Below are positions 8,945 through 18,790 of a stretch of DNA of 34,318 bases, piece after piece. The notes under the pieces were generated by a model. The model was given only the letters and a program-made list of their open reading frames with translations. It searched no databases and was not told the DNA's origin. Within the stretch, counting starts at the first letter, position 1. Each line of letters opens with the position of its first letter. Both the position numbers and the translations under genes were made by a program. Origin of the DNA: Candidatus Thorarchaeota archaeon (GTDB lineage Archaea > Asgardarchaeota > Thorarchaeia > Thorarchaeales > Thorarchaeaceae); assembly GCA_004524445.1 (NCBI GenBank), contig SDNP01000030.1, positions 1-34,318 on the forward strand. The letters run 5' to 3'.

Positions 8945-9934
8945 TTAGATATGAATTATCACCTTAGCAACTTCTGGCTGTGCCGCATTCTCAAATGCTT
9001 CAGCACCGTCTTCTAGGGCGAATTCACGAGATACTAACTTATTGACTTCGATTCTCCCCTTTGCCAACATATCTATTGCCTTATCGAATGATCCACTGCT
9101 GTTGCCAACGAGAGTAATTTCACGTTTCACAATTTTACGTGTGTCAATTGGAATTCCATCTCCAGGCGTACTCATGAGCGCGAGATGCCCTCCGCTCCGA
9201 ACCAGTTCCAAGGCAGTATTGAAGCCAGAGGGGGTTCCTGAACAATCTACAACAACTCTAGGACCCACGCCATTAGTTGCAGATAGGATTTTCGACTTCC
9301 AATCCTGATTGTCAGTATTGAGAGTATTCCTCAAACCCAGAGTTCTGGCTAGACCCAATTGCCATAGATTTTGTCCGAGTAAATATACATCTGCTCCAAA
9401 AGCATCATATACTTGCGATACTAGCAATCCAACTTTTCCTGAGCCCACAACAAGTACCGGTTCATCTTCTTTAGCAGGAACCCGCCTATAGGTTTGAATG
9501 GCGGATGACAAAGGTTCAATGAATGTCCCTATTGTTGTGTCAACGTCTTCTGGCAATACATGAAGTAATTCGACTGGGACGCTGATGTATTCAGCAAGTC
9601 CACCATTAACAGTAAGACCGATAATATCTCTATTAGGACACAGATGTCGCTGATTTTGGCTGCAATACCAACATCGACCGCAAAACAAATTCACTTCAGT
9701 AGTCACAGGAGTACCAATAGCCAGATCACGAACTGAAGTTTCTTGAATTGTTCCAGTTATTTCGTGGCCCAAGATTATTGGCAAATCTACTTTAATATCA
9801 CCTTGCCAAACTCTTATGTCCGATCGACAGATTCCAACCGATCGGACTTCAATTCTTGCATATCCCGGCATGACAGCGGGTTTTGGCGTGTCACGTAATT
9901 CAAGACCATCTGAGGTTAGAACCAGAGATTTCAT
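8945..9934 (-). CDS. Zn-dependent alcohol dehydrogenase (MDR superfamily)
   Basis: GICRSD, ILGHE, structural Zn site CGRCWYC-x7-C, GSGKVG Rossmann loop. Confidence 0.93.
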   Translation of the reverse strand: MKSLVLTSDGLELRDTPKPAVMPGYARIEVRSVGICRSDIRVWQGDIKVDLPIILGHEITGTIQETSVRDLAIGTPVTTEVNLFCGRCWYCSQNQRHLCPNRDIIGLTVNGGLAEYISVPVELLHVLPEDVDTTIGTFIEPLSSAIQTYRRVPAKEDEPVLVVGSGKVGLLVSQVYDAFGADVYLLGQNLWQLGLARTLGLRNTLNTDNQDWKSKILSATNGVGPRVVVDCSGTPSGFNTALELVRSGGHLALMSTPGDGIPIDTRKIVKREITLVGNSSGSFDKAIDMLAKGRIEVNKLVSREFALEDGAEAFENAAQPEVAKVIIHI

Positions 9935-10168
9935 GATATCTAGACAACGCAATATGGCTGCTCTGGAATAAACCCTTCGTTATAAACAGACCAGTTAAAC
10001 TGCATTGTTAAATCTCGGTCCAATTCAAACAAAAAATCATTCTCTAAAAAACGGATATTTTATAGGTGTAGTCCAAAGCGCTTTGATTTGAGAGCATCAT
10101 TACTTGAAACAGATAAGAACCACTTGTGGTTCAAGCTAGCAAGAAAGAAGATGGAGAGAAAACAGAAT

Positions 10169-11056
10169 ATGACGGGGAAGGGTTTCTTCAGCACTAGGCT
10201 TACCAGCGATAATGTAGATTTGTGGAATTTGTTACAGGAAGATGAAAAAACCAAAAACACCCGTGTCCTGAAAGCATTTGCTCACTTCTGTCAGATGGAC
10301 AGGTCAATGCTATTCGCTTCATATCTGGGTGACGAACTAATTGGGCTCGCCGCGGTCTATCTTGCTAAAGAAGACAAATCTGCAATGATTGCCGGCATCA
10401 AAGTGCACCAAGAATACAGGGAAAGCAGTACTAGGCAGGTGATCAGATCTTCACTTCCGTTATTCAGGACGACCAATATTCAAAGTGTGGTTGCCGCCGT
10501 AGCAGAGGTGAAGGAAACAATTGCCGATTATTTCCCTTTTACAGGTTATTTGCAGAGCTGGAGTAGAGAAGCATTGGAAGATTTGGGATTTAGACCCATC
10601 GGAGCAGTTAACTACTGCAGGATAGAAAACATCTCAAAATCCATAATCATCTCTTCATCAAAAAAGAGTGATTATAGCCATTCGCAGGGAATGGAATTGA
10701 TTCGTAGGATTAGAAAACAGGGAGAGAGGGTACCCTCAACCGTCTTGCTTGGCTTAGACTTGGGAGAAAGCACCAAACACTCAGTCATTAGCTCTACTGA
10801 TGATGCCATAAGCATGTTACTGACCTATGTGAACATAGGTAATGAAATAGTCTTTCCAGTATTTCTAGCTGAAGCTGGAATGGCAGCCAATGAAGTTTCC
10901 AAATGCTTCAAATTGAGCCCGAATAAATCGAATATTGATGCTCTCATTTTTCCATCGATTAGACAGTCTCAGGTCACAATTATGGAAGAACTGGCAGCCA
11001 AGTTGGAGGGAGAATTGGTGGTAAACTCATTAGCGCTGATGCAGAAAAATTTGTAG
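10169..11056 (+). CDS. GNAT-like acyltransferase domain protein
   Basis: LIGLAAVY...IAGIKVHQEYRE (motif A-like) and LEDLGFRP (motif B-like); start uncertain. Confidence 0.5.
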   Translation: MTGKGFFSTRLTSDNVDLWNLLQEDEKTKNTRVLKAFAHFCQMDRSMLFASYLGDELIGLAAVYLAKEDKSAMIAGIKVHQEYRESSTRQVIRSSLPLFRTTNIQSVVAAVAEVKETIADYFPFTGYLQSWSREALEDLGFRPIGAVNYCRIENISKSIIISSSKKSDYSHSQGMELIRRIRKQGERVPSTVLLGLDLGESTKHSVISSTDDAISMLLTYVNIGNEIVFPVFLAEAGMAANEVSKCFKLSPNKSNIDALIFPSIRQSQVTIMEELAAKLEGELVVNSLALMQKNL

Positions 11057-11152
11057 TAGATGGACATGCTTAAAATCACGAACAAAGTAAACAGATACTG
11101 CAATATTCTATGATGGTTGGTTTTGTCACTAAATGATACTCGGGGGTACCTA

Positions 11153-12157
11153 ATGAATAGCCTTAGAATCGAGAAACATGGTACAGGCATTCTCCTCAGG
11201 TATGGCAACACCAAACTGGCATTCGACACAGGAGCGACGGGATTTCTAACTCTTCTATCACACTCACATGCGGATCATATAGGACAGCTCCAGAAGGCTT
11301 CTCATCTGGTTGCCACTCGGGGTACCCTAGATACCTTAGAAGCAAGAGGAAAGAGTGTGTCCTGCAAATCCACCATAATCAGAAATGGAGAAACGCTAGG
11401 TAAGATCGGGTATTATATTACTGCATTGAATGCAGGACATGTATTGGGCTCCTCAATGTTTAGAATCGAATTTGATGATGGACTGAGTGTTCTGTATACG
11501 GGGGACTTCAATACCGTGGACAGCATTGTACACCGTAGAGCAAGAGCTATTGAAGCAGATGTGCTGATAACAGAGGCTACATACGGAACACCTCAATGGG
11601 TTTTTCCTGAGAGGAGAGGTGTTCATAGGGATATTGTTGGCAAGGCTAAAGAGATAATCGAATCAGATAAAATCCCCGTCTTTCGAGCGTATTCTCTAGG
11701 AAAAGCACAAGAGGCAATTGCCCTATTGCATCACTCCGGAATCACCACAGTTTCCGGCAATAAAGCAATAGATGCGGTTTCATCTGTCTACAAAAGTCAT
11801 GGTTGTGATTTCAACTTTATACCAAGCGAATCTCTCTCGCATCCAAAGGATCTACCCGATCAAATTGCAGTAGTATCTTCATCCCCTAAACACACTAGAG
11901 CAGCGCTCATAAGAGGCTCCAAAAGAAATGATGAGAATGCAAGGCCGCCAGAAATGAGAGAGTATAATCTATCTGGTTGGACATTGCTAGAGTACAAAAA
12001 CAGAGGGTTTCCGCTCAGTGCGCACTCCGACTTTCCACATCTCTTGCGCTTTGCAAAAGCAGTAAATCCGAGAGTTGTGTACTGCTTCACAGGCAATGCT
12101 CGCATTCTGGCTAGACATCTAGATAAGGGTGGGATTAATGCAGTTCCATTGGAGTAG
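11153..12157 (+). CDS. Metallo-beta-lactamase / beta-CASP nuclease
   Basis: SHSHADH, AGHVLGS, YTGDF, LITEATYG, YSLGKAQE, LSAHSD. Confidence 0.9.
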   Translation: MNSLRIEKHGTGILLRYGNTKLAFDTGATGFLTLLSHSHADHIGQLQKASHLVATRGTLDTLEARGKSVSCKSTIIRNGETLGKIGYYITALNAGHVLGSSMFRIEFDDGLSVLYTGDFNTVDSIVHRRARAIEADVLITEATYGTPQWVFPERRGVHRDIVGKAKEIIESDKIPVFRAYSLGKAQEAIALLHHSGITTVSGNKAIDAVSSVYKSHGCDFNFIPSESLSHPKDLPDQIAVVSSSPKHTRAALIRGSKRNDENARPPEMREYNLSGWTLLEYKNRGFPLSAHSDFPHLLRFAKAVNPRVVYCFTGNARILARHLDKGGINAVPLE

Positions 12158-12166
12158 GTGAATGTC

Positions 12167-12742
12167 ATGGAGGAATATCTTTCCGACCTTGTCGAGCCAA
12201 TACATGCTAATTCGTTCTTCTCAGTTTCAAAGACTGGAGAGATACATGAAAGACTCGAGTATGAATATGCTGATCCCGAAGGATATTATCGCCGAGTCAT
12301 TAAAGATGATGATTTGTTAACAACAGAAGTCACAAATCTAGCTACAAATATGCAATTCTTTCTCGACGAGGAGAGAGTAGAAATAAATGGGGAACGAGTC
12401 AAATCGGAAGTTGTCTACACGGACATCCTTCTGAAGGGTATTAGTGAAGTAGTTTCGGTTGTTTATCTCATTGACTTCGCAGGTAGATTTCAACAAGGCC
12501 CCAACTCAATTCAAACATGGCTAGAGGAAGAAGAGGCACCGTACGATTTTGAAATCATGTGGAGATTTCCCGCTGGTACAAAGATTCTCCTGGTAGATAC
12601 CCTGCTTGACTACGAGATATACAGTGATATAATCATGCTATGGGCAATGGAAGGCGAACATGTCGGAGGATATGAGAGGATGGATTTTGAATTCCCTGAC
12701 AAGATATTGGATACGCGAAAAGGTCTTCAGCATAACTCTTAA
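12167..12742 (+). CDS. Acidic hypothetical protein, probably translationally coupled to the beta-CASP gene
   Basis: The upstream stop TAG overlaps an AGGTGA Shine-Dalgarno; very D/E-rich with a beta-strand pattern. Confidence 0.75.
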   Translation: MEEYLSDLVEPIHANSFFSVSKTGEIHERLEYEYADPEGYYRRVIKDDDLLTTEVTNLATNMQFFLDEERVEINGERVKSEVVYTDILLKGISEVVSVVYLIDFAGRFQQGPNSIQTWLEEEEAPYDFEIMWRFPAGTKILLVDTLLDYEIYSDIIMLWAMEGEHVGGYERMDFEFPDKILDTRKGLQHNS

Positions 12743-12753
12743 CTTGATATCAG

Positions 12754-13032
12754 GTGTGTTCTCTTCTGTCTATGATACTCCAAACTGCAGTGTCTGTCAC
12801 AATTCTCCCATTCGTCTTTATCGTAATTGGGTTCATTCTTGTTTTGATTGGATTGGTTCTTATTGGGCGTGAGAATGAGGACACGAATGCAAATATCAAA
12901 TCGGAGTCAAAAGGGATAATTCTTCTTGGACCCATTCCCATAGTATGGGGCTTTGGCAAGAAAGTAAAAATCCTAGTAGGGACGATTGCAGTTGTTGTAT
13001 TTGTTCTGGCGGTGGTATTGTGGATCTATTGA
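12754..13032 (+). CDS. DUF131 / TIGR00304 family small membrane protein
   Basis: GIILLGPIPIVWG signature with flanking TM helices. Confidence 0.85.
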   Translation: MCSLLSMILQTAVSVTILPFVFIVIGFILVLIGLVLIGRENEDTNANIKSESKGIILLGPIPIVWGFGKKVKILVGTIAVVVFVLAVVLWIY

Positions 13033-13283
13033 CTCCAACCACATTCAGGGCATATTTTTGCCGAGTCAATGATTCTTACTAGGTCACCGTTATACAAGCA
13101 ATCAGGGCAGATTCCCAAATGTTTGCCACAAGTTGGACAAGTCAGGGAATTGCCTAGGTCACGGATACATGTAATGGTACCACAGGTAGTACATCTAATC
13201 GAGTGCAAGTAGCAGAATTCATTTTCACAATGGTCACAACGATTCTTGGGCTTGTTTTTGCAAACTGCACAGGACTTTGACAT
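13026..13283 (-). CDS. Cys-rich multi-zinc-finger protein (85 aa)
   Basis: 14 Cys including six CxxC pairs and a CxxH. Confidence 0.7.
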   Translation of the reverse strand: MSKSCAVCKNKPKNRCDHCENEFCYLHSIRCTTCGTITCIRDLGNSLTCPTCGKHLGICPDCLYNGDLVRIIDSAKICPECGWSQ

Positions 13284-13441
13284 TCGTTTCAGCCCCTCAT
13301 CTTGGCATGAATGACTGATAGATAAGTCTAATGCGAGAAAAACCAACCGAAATTTTTGTAATGTGGTTATATAGTCAGTATTACCCCAAGAGTACCAAGC
13401 CTCTTAGTCATTATAGCAGTCCGTATGTTGGGTAGAAAAGA

Positions 13442-13705
13442 ATGCTATTTGTTTGTAGAAATTGCGGCGCCACAACGGCTGACATCGATATGATTTTGGA
13501 CGGTGCATGCGAGTGCGGGTCAACGCACTTCAAACTAGTATCAGAAAACTCTCCTAAGATTCCAGCTCCTATGGCAATGAAAGAGGAGATACGTAGAAAT
13601 CTTCATACATGGTTGGACATGAATATTGATTCCATGGAATCGAATAAGATTGGCAATATGCGGGTCATATTCGAATGCGACCAAGACGACAGTCCTGTGT
13701 CATAG
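13442..13705 (+). CDS. Zn-ribbon protein (possibly OapC/DUF2072-like)
   Basis: CRNCG...ILDGACECGSTHF N-terminal ribbon. Confidence 0.6.
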   Translation: MLFVCRNCGATTADIDMILDGACECGSTHFKLVSENSPKIPAPMAMKEEIRRNLHTWLDMNIDSMESNKIGNMRVIFECDQDDSPVS

Positions 13706-13719
13706 AACGAGAGTCATTA

Positions 13720-16362
13720 TCATTTCTTGAGAGGACGTTCAATCATCTCAATCTGACTATCGATCTCTTCATTAAGGTCAGTTAGACCTCTCACATCGGC
13801 TATCCGCTGTACGGCCTTGAGGTTATGAATAACTGAATCTAACCATGAGTAAATATCGCCAGGGTATGCCCATAATTCAAATTCCTCGCGCATCTTGCTG
13901 GAAATTCCTGAAGGGTTCATGCCCTCCTTTCTTTTCTTTACAATCCATTTTCCAATCTCTATTTTTGGATGGTCACATTCTGGGAAATCCTTGCATTCAC
14001 AGGTGAAAAATGTCGAACCCCATTTCCCAAAGAGTTCAAAAACCCATTGAGGTAATCTACTAGCTCCACCCTGTTTCTGACCTACATCAGTCATGTCCAT
14101 AAATGCGCCAGAAAAGAGTCTGGTTGGCATATGAGTTCTGAAAGCTTGATTCACTTCGGCTTGAAGTTTTGAACTGAGATAGATGTTCTCTAATGGGTCT
14201 AGCTTAATTGCGATGTCAAGAACATCCATGTCATCCGTCAGTTTTGCCACTTCGTAACCCTCACTGGGACTTAAGAATGAAACAGACGTTGCTCTACCCA
14301 AAGGCGTCGGGTGAACCTCACCACTCTTAACACGAATCATATGATTTCTTACTAGATGTTTCATGGCCTCAGAGGGTGCAACAGACGCCGATAGCATTTG
14401 CAGGTAAATTCTAGCCACGGCCTTCAAATCAACGAGCCCAGTTGAACAAATCGTTGCAAGAATTTGTTCTGCGGATGCTTCCTTATTGGCAAAGGGCTCC
14501 ACATCCTCAATTTCGCCCTCAAGAATACGTGTTGCCACTTGATCCTCAGTGAGGTCTTGTCCAGAATGATATTTTCTTTCGGGTTCAATGAGTAGGTAGA
14601 CCTTTCCACGGTCATGCTTTCCAAGTCGACCAGCTCGTCCGAGCATCTGTTCGAACTCAGCAGTTGTAATCCAATGTGCGCCCATTGCCAGCGTTTCGAA
14701 AATGACTTGAGATGCCGGCAAATCAACCCCAGCGCCAAGTGCTGCAGTAGTTATGACACATGGATAGCGTTGCTTTCCGTATGAGTATTCGATACTCCTT
14801 CTATGAGAATATGAGAGACCTCCATGATAGACGGCACTTCTGACCCCATGCTCTCTCATCCAGTCACTTATTGAGTGTGCCCGTCTTCTTGAAAAGGTGA
14901 ATACTATCGATTGTCCTTTATTGCCACTGCTGCTTGTTTGCCTAAACTCATCTAGTACTAACCTCCTAATTATGGAACGTTTTGCTTCTTCATTTCGCGC
15001 GAAAACCACATGCCGCTCAAGCGTAACAGGGCGCCCAGTATAATTAACCAGTTCCAGATTCAAATCCTTGGCTAACAGGTCCGGGGAGCCAACAGTTGCT
15101 GATAGAGCAAGTATCTGAGCATTGGGTGCGTAGAATCTCAGCCGAGATAATATTCCGTCGAGCTCAGGACCTCTTTCTGAATCTGCTAGATTCTGTATCT
15201 CATCTACGACAATTGTACCTATTTCACCAAGTTTCCTTGTTTCCCCTGAACGCAGCAGCAAATCAAGGGCTTCATACGTCGCACAGATGATATCCGATTT
15301 CTCCACATCAGTGTCAACAATAGGTTTTCCTTCTTCGCCCACCTCCAGTCGGGACATTCCTACCCGAATACCTACTCTGAGACCAAGCTTTTTGTACCGC
15401 TTTCTGAAAACTTCGTATTTTTCGTTCGTTAAGGCAACCAAGGGTGACAGATATATCATCTTCTTTCCATCTAATGCCTTGGGCACCCCAGCGAACTCTC
15501 CCACCATTGTCTTTCCTGATGATGTTGAGGAGACTATGAGAAGGTCCTCTCCCTTCAGTAAGCCGGCTCGAACTACCTTCTCCTGGACTGGCAAAAGAGT
15601 ATCAAACCCCTCCTCTATCAGCATGTCCCGCATACGTTGAGGGATTTGTAGGTCTCCAATCTTCCTTCCGTCTACTACTTCGCCCCTTGACAGAGTATCG
15701 ACTTTGGTGATTTCGGGATCGCTGGTGGGGTCAAAATTCGGGTCAACCAAATCCAAGATTCTTGGCAATGATTTGACACGGAGAAGCTGCCTCTCCATGT
15801 GTCTAAGCATTGGTTTCGACATCTTGATGCCCATGGCCTTCAAGTCAGTTCGAAGTTCAGTCTTTGAACACGCTCCACAAAGAACTTGATGAGAAGAAAT
15901 CTTCACTGCATTCCTCTTTGACAGTACCGTCAGCCTGCGGTCCCGCATACAATTCGGGCATACAGTTACTACTCTTGGTTCTGTCGCACTGATTCGGTTC
16001 AATAACTCCTTTAGCGAGTCAATGAAGTCAGGGGATTGGCCTTTTGGCACTATTATGTATTTGGCTTTGCGGAGGACATCATGAAATTCACTAGGCTGAT
16101 AGTAGACAGGTTTGTTGTATTTCACAAACCATGAGCGACGAATTTCCAGCAGACCGTCATTTCGATAGCCATACTCAACCATCCCGCGTAGCAGCGCCCG
16201 CTGTCGATCCATGAGCACATCTTGGAAGACCTCTACACGGGTTCCTAATTCTTGCCTACTATCACGTAGAACGATTCCATATGGCTTTCTGAGCCTCTTT
16301 TGTATGTCTGCGTGAGCAACTTCCACTGGATTCACTATTCTTCGAGGCTGACCAAGTGCCAA
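13720..16362 (-). CDS. Archaea-specific superfamily II Ski2-like DExH helicase (COG1202 / ASH-Ski2 type)
   Basis: LLPVQ, TSSGKT, PLVALTNEK, DEIQ, SAT, YHGGL, QMLGRAGR; N-terminal CxxC...CxxC and C-terminal CECKDFPECDH Zn sites. Confidence 0.9.
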   Translation of the reverse strand: MALGQPRRIVNPVEVAHADIQKRLRKPYGIVLRDSRQELGTRVEVFQDVLMDRQRALLRGMVEYGYRNDGLLEIRRSWFVKYNKPVYYQPSEFHDVLRKAKYIIVPKGQSPDFIDSLKELLNRISATEPRVVTVCPNCMRDRRLTVLSKRNAVKISSHQVLCGACSKTELRTDLKAMGIKMSKPMLRHMERQLLRVKSLPRILDLVDPNFDPTSDPEITKVDTLSRGEVVDGRKIGDLQIPQRMRDMLIEEGFDTLLPVQEKVVRAGLLKGEDLLIVSSTSSGKTMVGEFAGVPKALDGKKMIYLSPLVALTNEKYEVFRKRYKKLGLRVGIRVGMSRLEVGEEGKPIVDTDVEKSDIICATYEALDLLLRSGETRKLGEIGTIVVDEIQNLADSERGPELDGILSRLRFYAPNAQILALSATVGSPDLLAKDLNLELVNYTGRPVTLERHVVFARNEEAKRSIIRRLVLDEFRQTSSSGNKGQSIVFTFSRRRAHSISDWMREHGVRSAVYHGGLSYSHRRSIEYSYGKQRYPCVITTAALGAGVDLPASQVIFETLAMGAHWITTAEFEQMLGRAGRLGKHDRGKVYLLIEPERKYHSGQDLTEDQVATRILEGEIEDVEPFANKEASAEQILATICSTGLVDLKAVARIYLQMLSASVAPSEAMKHLVRNHMIRVKSGEVHPTPLGRATSVSFLSPSEGYEVAKLTDDMDVLDIAIKLDPLENIYLSSKLQAEVNQAFRTHMPTRLFSGAFMDMTDVGQKQGGASRLPQWVFELFGKWGSTFFTCECKDFPECDHPKIEIGKWIVKKRKEGMNPSGISSKMREEFELWAYPGDIYSWLDSVIHNLKAVQRIADVRGLTDLNEEIDSQIEMIERPLKK

Positions 16363-16378
16363 TTACTCTTTGGGTTCA

Positions 16379-17149
16379 TCAGAGCTCAAAAATAAATTTA
16401 TCAAGATTTTTCTCAATAACACGAAGAACCGAATCATATTCCTCTCTGATTGCTTCGGTCCCCGTTCCTCCCATCCCAGCCTTTTCCACAATCATCCAAT
16501 CAGACATAACATCAATATCTGCATAGTTCGCAAATTTGGAGAAGGCAATAGCCATGACATCAAGACGCTCTATGCTACTGTACTTCATGCGATTGTATCC
16601 CTCCACTAAAGGTTGATAGAGCGGACGGTTTGTGCCGCCTAGAATGAATCTTGCTCTCTGGACTCCTGAAACAAGCGAAACGCTGAGCCGTTTCATCATC
16701 TCTTTATAGTGCGCCACGGTTGGGGGACGACCCTCGCCCTTGATGCTTGCGATAGTATCCCCAGTCAGAATGTTTCCCTTTTCTACAACAAGATCATTTA
16801 TGAGAGCAACGATCTCCTCACGTTTCTTGACCCCCATGGGATCAATAACTTCTGGATTGATTATGTCTACAAGTGGAATTGGCTCATCATATCGAAGGGC
16901 AGTTGGGTCAAACATTATTGCAAATAGGTGCTTTCCAATATCTACCTGAATACTATTCTTGATAGCTCTCCCTTTGAAATAGCCTGGCCCAATTAAGACA
17001 GAAAGGACTTGTTCTTCTCTTATAATTGACCATAGTTGAGATGATGCAATCAAGGCACGACCGTGAATATCTGCTCCCTTGAAGACCTCTGTTTCGAAGT
17101 TATAGGCTTCAATATCTACAAGCCACAAGAGAGGACCTGAATCTTTCAT
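16379..17149 (-). CDS. Hypothetical protein (256 aa), middle gene of the helicase operon
   Basis: Long ORF; ATGA overlap with the upstream gene; 16 nt gap to the helicase. Confidence 0.8.
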   Translation of the reverse strand: MKDSGPLLWLVDIEAYNFETEVFKGADIHGRALIASSQLWSIIREEQVLSVLIGPGYFKGRAIKNSIQVDIGKHLFAIMFDPTALRYDEPIPLVDIINPEVIDPMGVKKREEIVALINDLVVEKGNILTGDTIASIKGEGRPPTVAHYKEMMKRLSVSLVSGVQRARFILGGTNRPLYQPLVEGYNRMKYSSIERLDVMAIAFSKFANYADIDVMSDWMIVEKAGMGGTGTEAIREEYDSVLRVIEKNLDKFIFEL

Positions 17150-18333
17150 TGTGATGTATCACCATAGAAGTTTCTGCGCACATATTTGATGACCAATTTT
17201 GCCGCAGCTTGCTCTTGTTCATCGGGAGGAACGCCATTGAGTGCAATCTCTATTTCTTCATCAATATCCTCCAGAGAAGAGCTGGGCAATTTGAGCCGCT
17301 CTTGCATTTCGACGATGGCCTTTTCAACAGCGTCATCGATTGGCGTTCCTTGATGAATTAGTACACGAATAACTCGTGGGACTTTATTCTTCAGGTATAA
17401 TTCCCTATCCTCTCCTTTTCGTCTCTTCGCCAAGCGTACATCTCTTTCTAGAAAATCAAACGGAGATGTCATGTCCGGCTCGGTCTTATTTCCTCGTAGA
17501 GAAGACATTCCTCGAGATACATATTTTGATCTATCACCGCGAAATTGCAGTGGTCGCGGAGCAAGATGCAGTATGAAATGAGAAGCTGTGGAAACAGCTA
17601 TGTCCTCAAGTCGCGAGTCGAAATCATCTACAATCTTCTCAATTTGGTTGATCATTGCTTCCACAATTATAGAATCGGATGCAGTTGAGAGAATAACGCC
17701 CAATCTGCGGTATAATGCTTGACTTCTTCGTCTTAGAGAGATGATTTTTCCTCGCAGTGTTGTTGGCATCCAATTTGTAATAGCCTGTCCGAACACCATT
17801 ACGAGGTCTTCACTGTTTGCCTTAGGATGTTCATCAAACCAAGTTTGTGCGATTGGCATAATGAACCCCTCTGAGATTCGGGTTCTGGTATTGAAAATTG
17901 AAATTGCTTTCTCTACTGGGGGATTGTCTTCCTCAAGAACGTTTTCAAGGTTCGATAGGTTTCTTACTTTACTTTCTAACTTGCTCGTGAACCCGCCATA
18001 TAGATACTCCAACCATCTACCCTCTTGAATGGCAAATTCTTGGACATTTCCCGGCAGATTAGGAACGGATTCGCCAACATGATTCCGCCGGTTGATTTCG
18101 TTTGTAAGAAGCTCAACTGCTTGTTTCGCCCCCATTATGCCGTCCATTTCAATTAGGTAAGCTACCAAAGCCATCTGTACTGGGCATTTGGTTTCCTCAA
18201 CAATAGCGTTGGCCAAGTCAACTCTGAGTCTTTCTATTCTGTTGCTCAAATCGGAGTGCTTCTCAGCAAACTCTTCTACCAATTGTTTTCGAGTAACTAA
18301 TGCTAACTCTTGCACGTCTGCATCCCTTGACAT
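17146..18333 (-). CDS. Hypothetical mostly alpha-helical protein (395 aa)
   Basis: Long ORF with AGGGGA upstream of ATG; no family recognised. Confidence 0.82.
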   Translation of the reverse strand: MSRDADVQELALVTRKQLVEEFAEKHSDLSNRIERLRVDLANAIVEETKCPVQMALVAYLIEMDGIMGAKQAVELLTNEINRRNHVGESVPNLPGNVQEFAIQEGRWLEYLYGGFTSKLESKVRNLSNLENVLEEDNPPVEKAISIFNTRTRISEGFIMPIAQTWFDEHPKANSEDLVMVFGQAITNWMPTTLRGKIISLRRRSQALYRRLGVILSTASDSIIVEAMINQIEKIVDDFDSRLEDIAVSTASHFILHLAPRPLQFRGDRSKYVSRGMSSLRGNKTEPDMTSPFDFLERDVRLAKRRKGEDRELYLKNKVPRVIRVLIHQGTPIDDAVEKAIVEMQERLKLPSSSLEDIDEEIEIALNGVPPDEQEQAAAKLVIKYVRRNFYGDTSQ

Positions 18334-18489
18334 TGGCTATCCCCTAGACAGCAAATCCAGTATCATATGACTAGCATGCTGAAGATTACATGTTCTAATC
18401 CAATATCAATGATATGTGTGTATATGGAAAAAACTAAGAAAACTTGCCTCCCGGCATGGGACTGCAATAGGGCAGGAAGACTATCGAAC

Positions 18490-18693
18490 TCAAGCACCTG
18501 TATAGAGTAGTAAGAAATGGATTCCAAAGCCAATGAATAAAGAACCAACTATCAGGGCCAAAGCGGCCTTGATTTTTGAGAAGTGTCTAGCATGCTCCAC
18601 ATGAACACCCAACCACCCAAATGACAATAGACCGAATGCAATGAATACAATTGAAAGATATATGAAACTCGATTCGAATGTGATTTGGAGCAT
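18490..18693 (-). CDS. OST5/TMEM258-like oligosaccharyltransferase small subunit (67 aa, 2 TM)
   Basis: SLFIGFGIHFLLLYTG matches recalled TMEM258 SLFMGFGVLFLLLWVG; the TM1 LxxVxxAxGxxxxxW pattern also aligns; AGAGGA upstream of ATG. Confidence 0.75.
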   Translation of the reverse strand: MLQITFESSFIYLSIVFIAFGLLSFGWLGVHVEHARHFSKIKAALALIVGSLFIGFGIHFLLLYTGA

Positions 18694-18790
18694 AGGTATT
18701 CCTCTTTGATAGTCTAGCTTGCCCAATACTATTGTGATTTAAACATCACGGTCATCCAGTATTTGTCCTAACCATCCTCGTCGTATAGGG

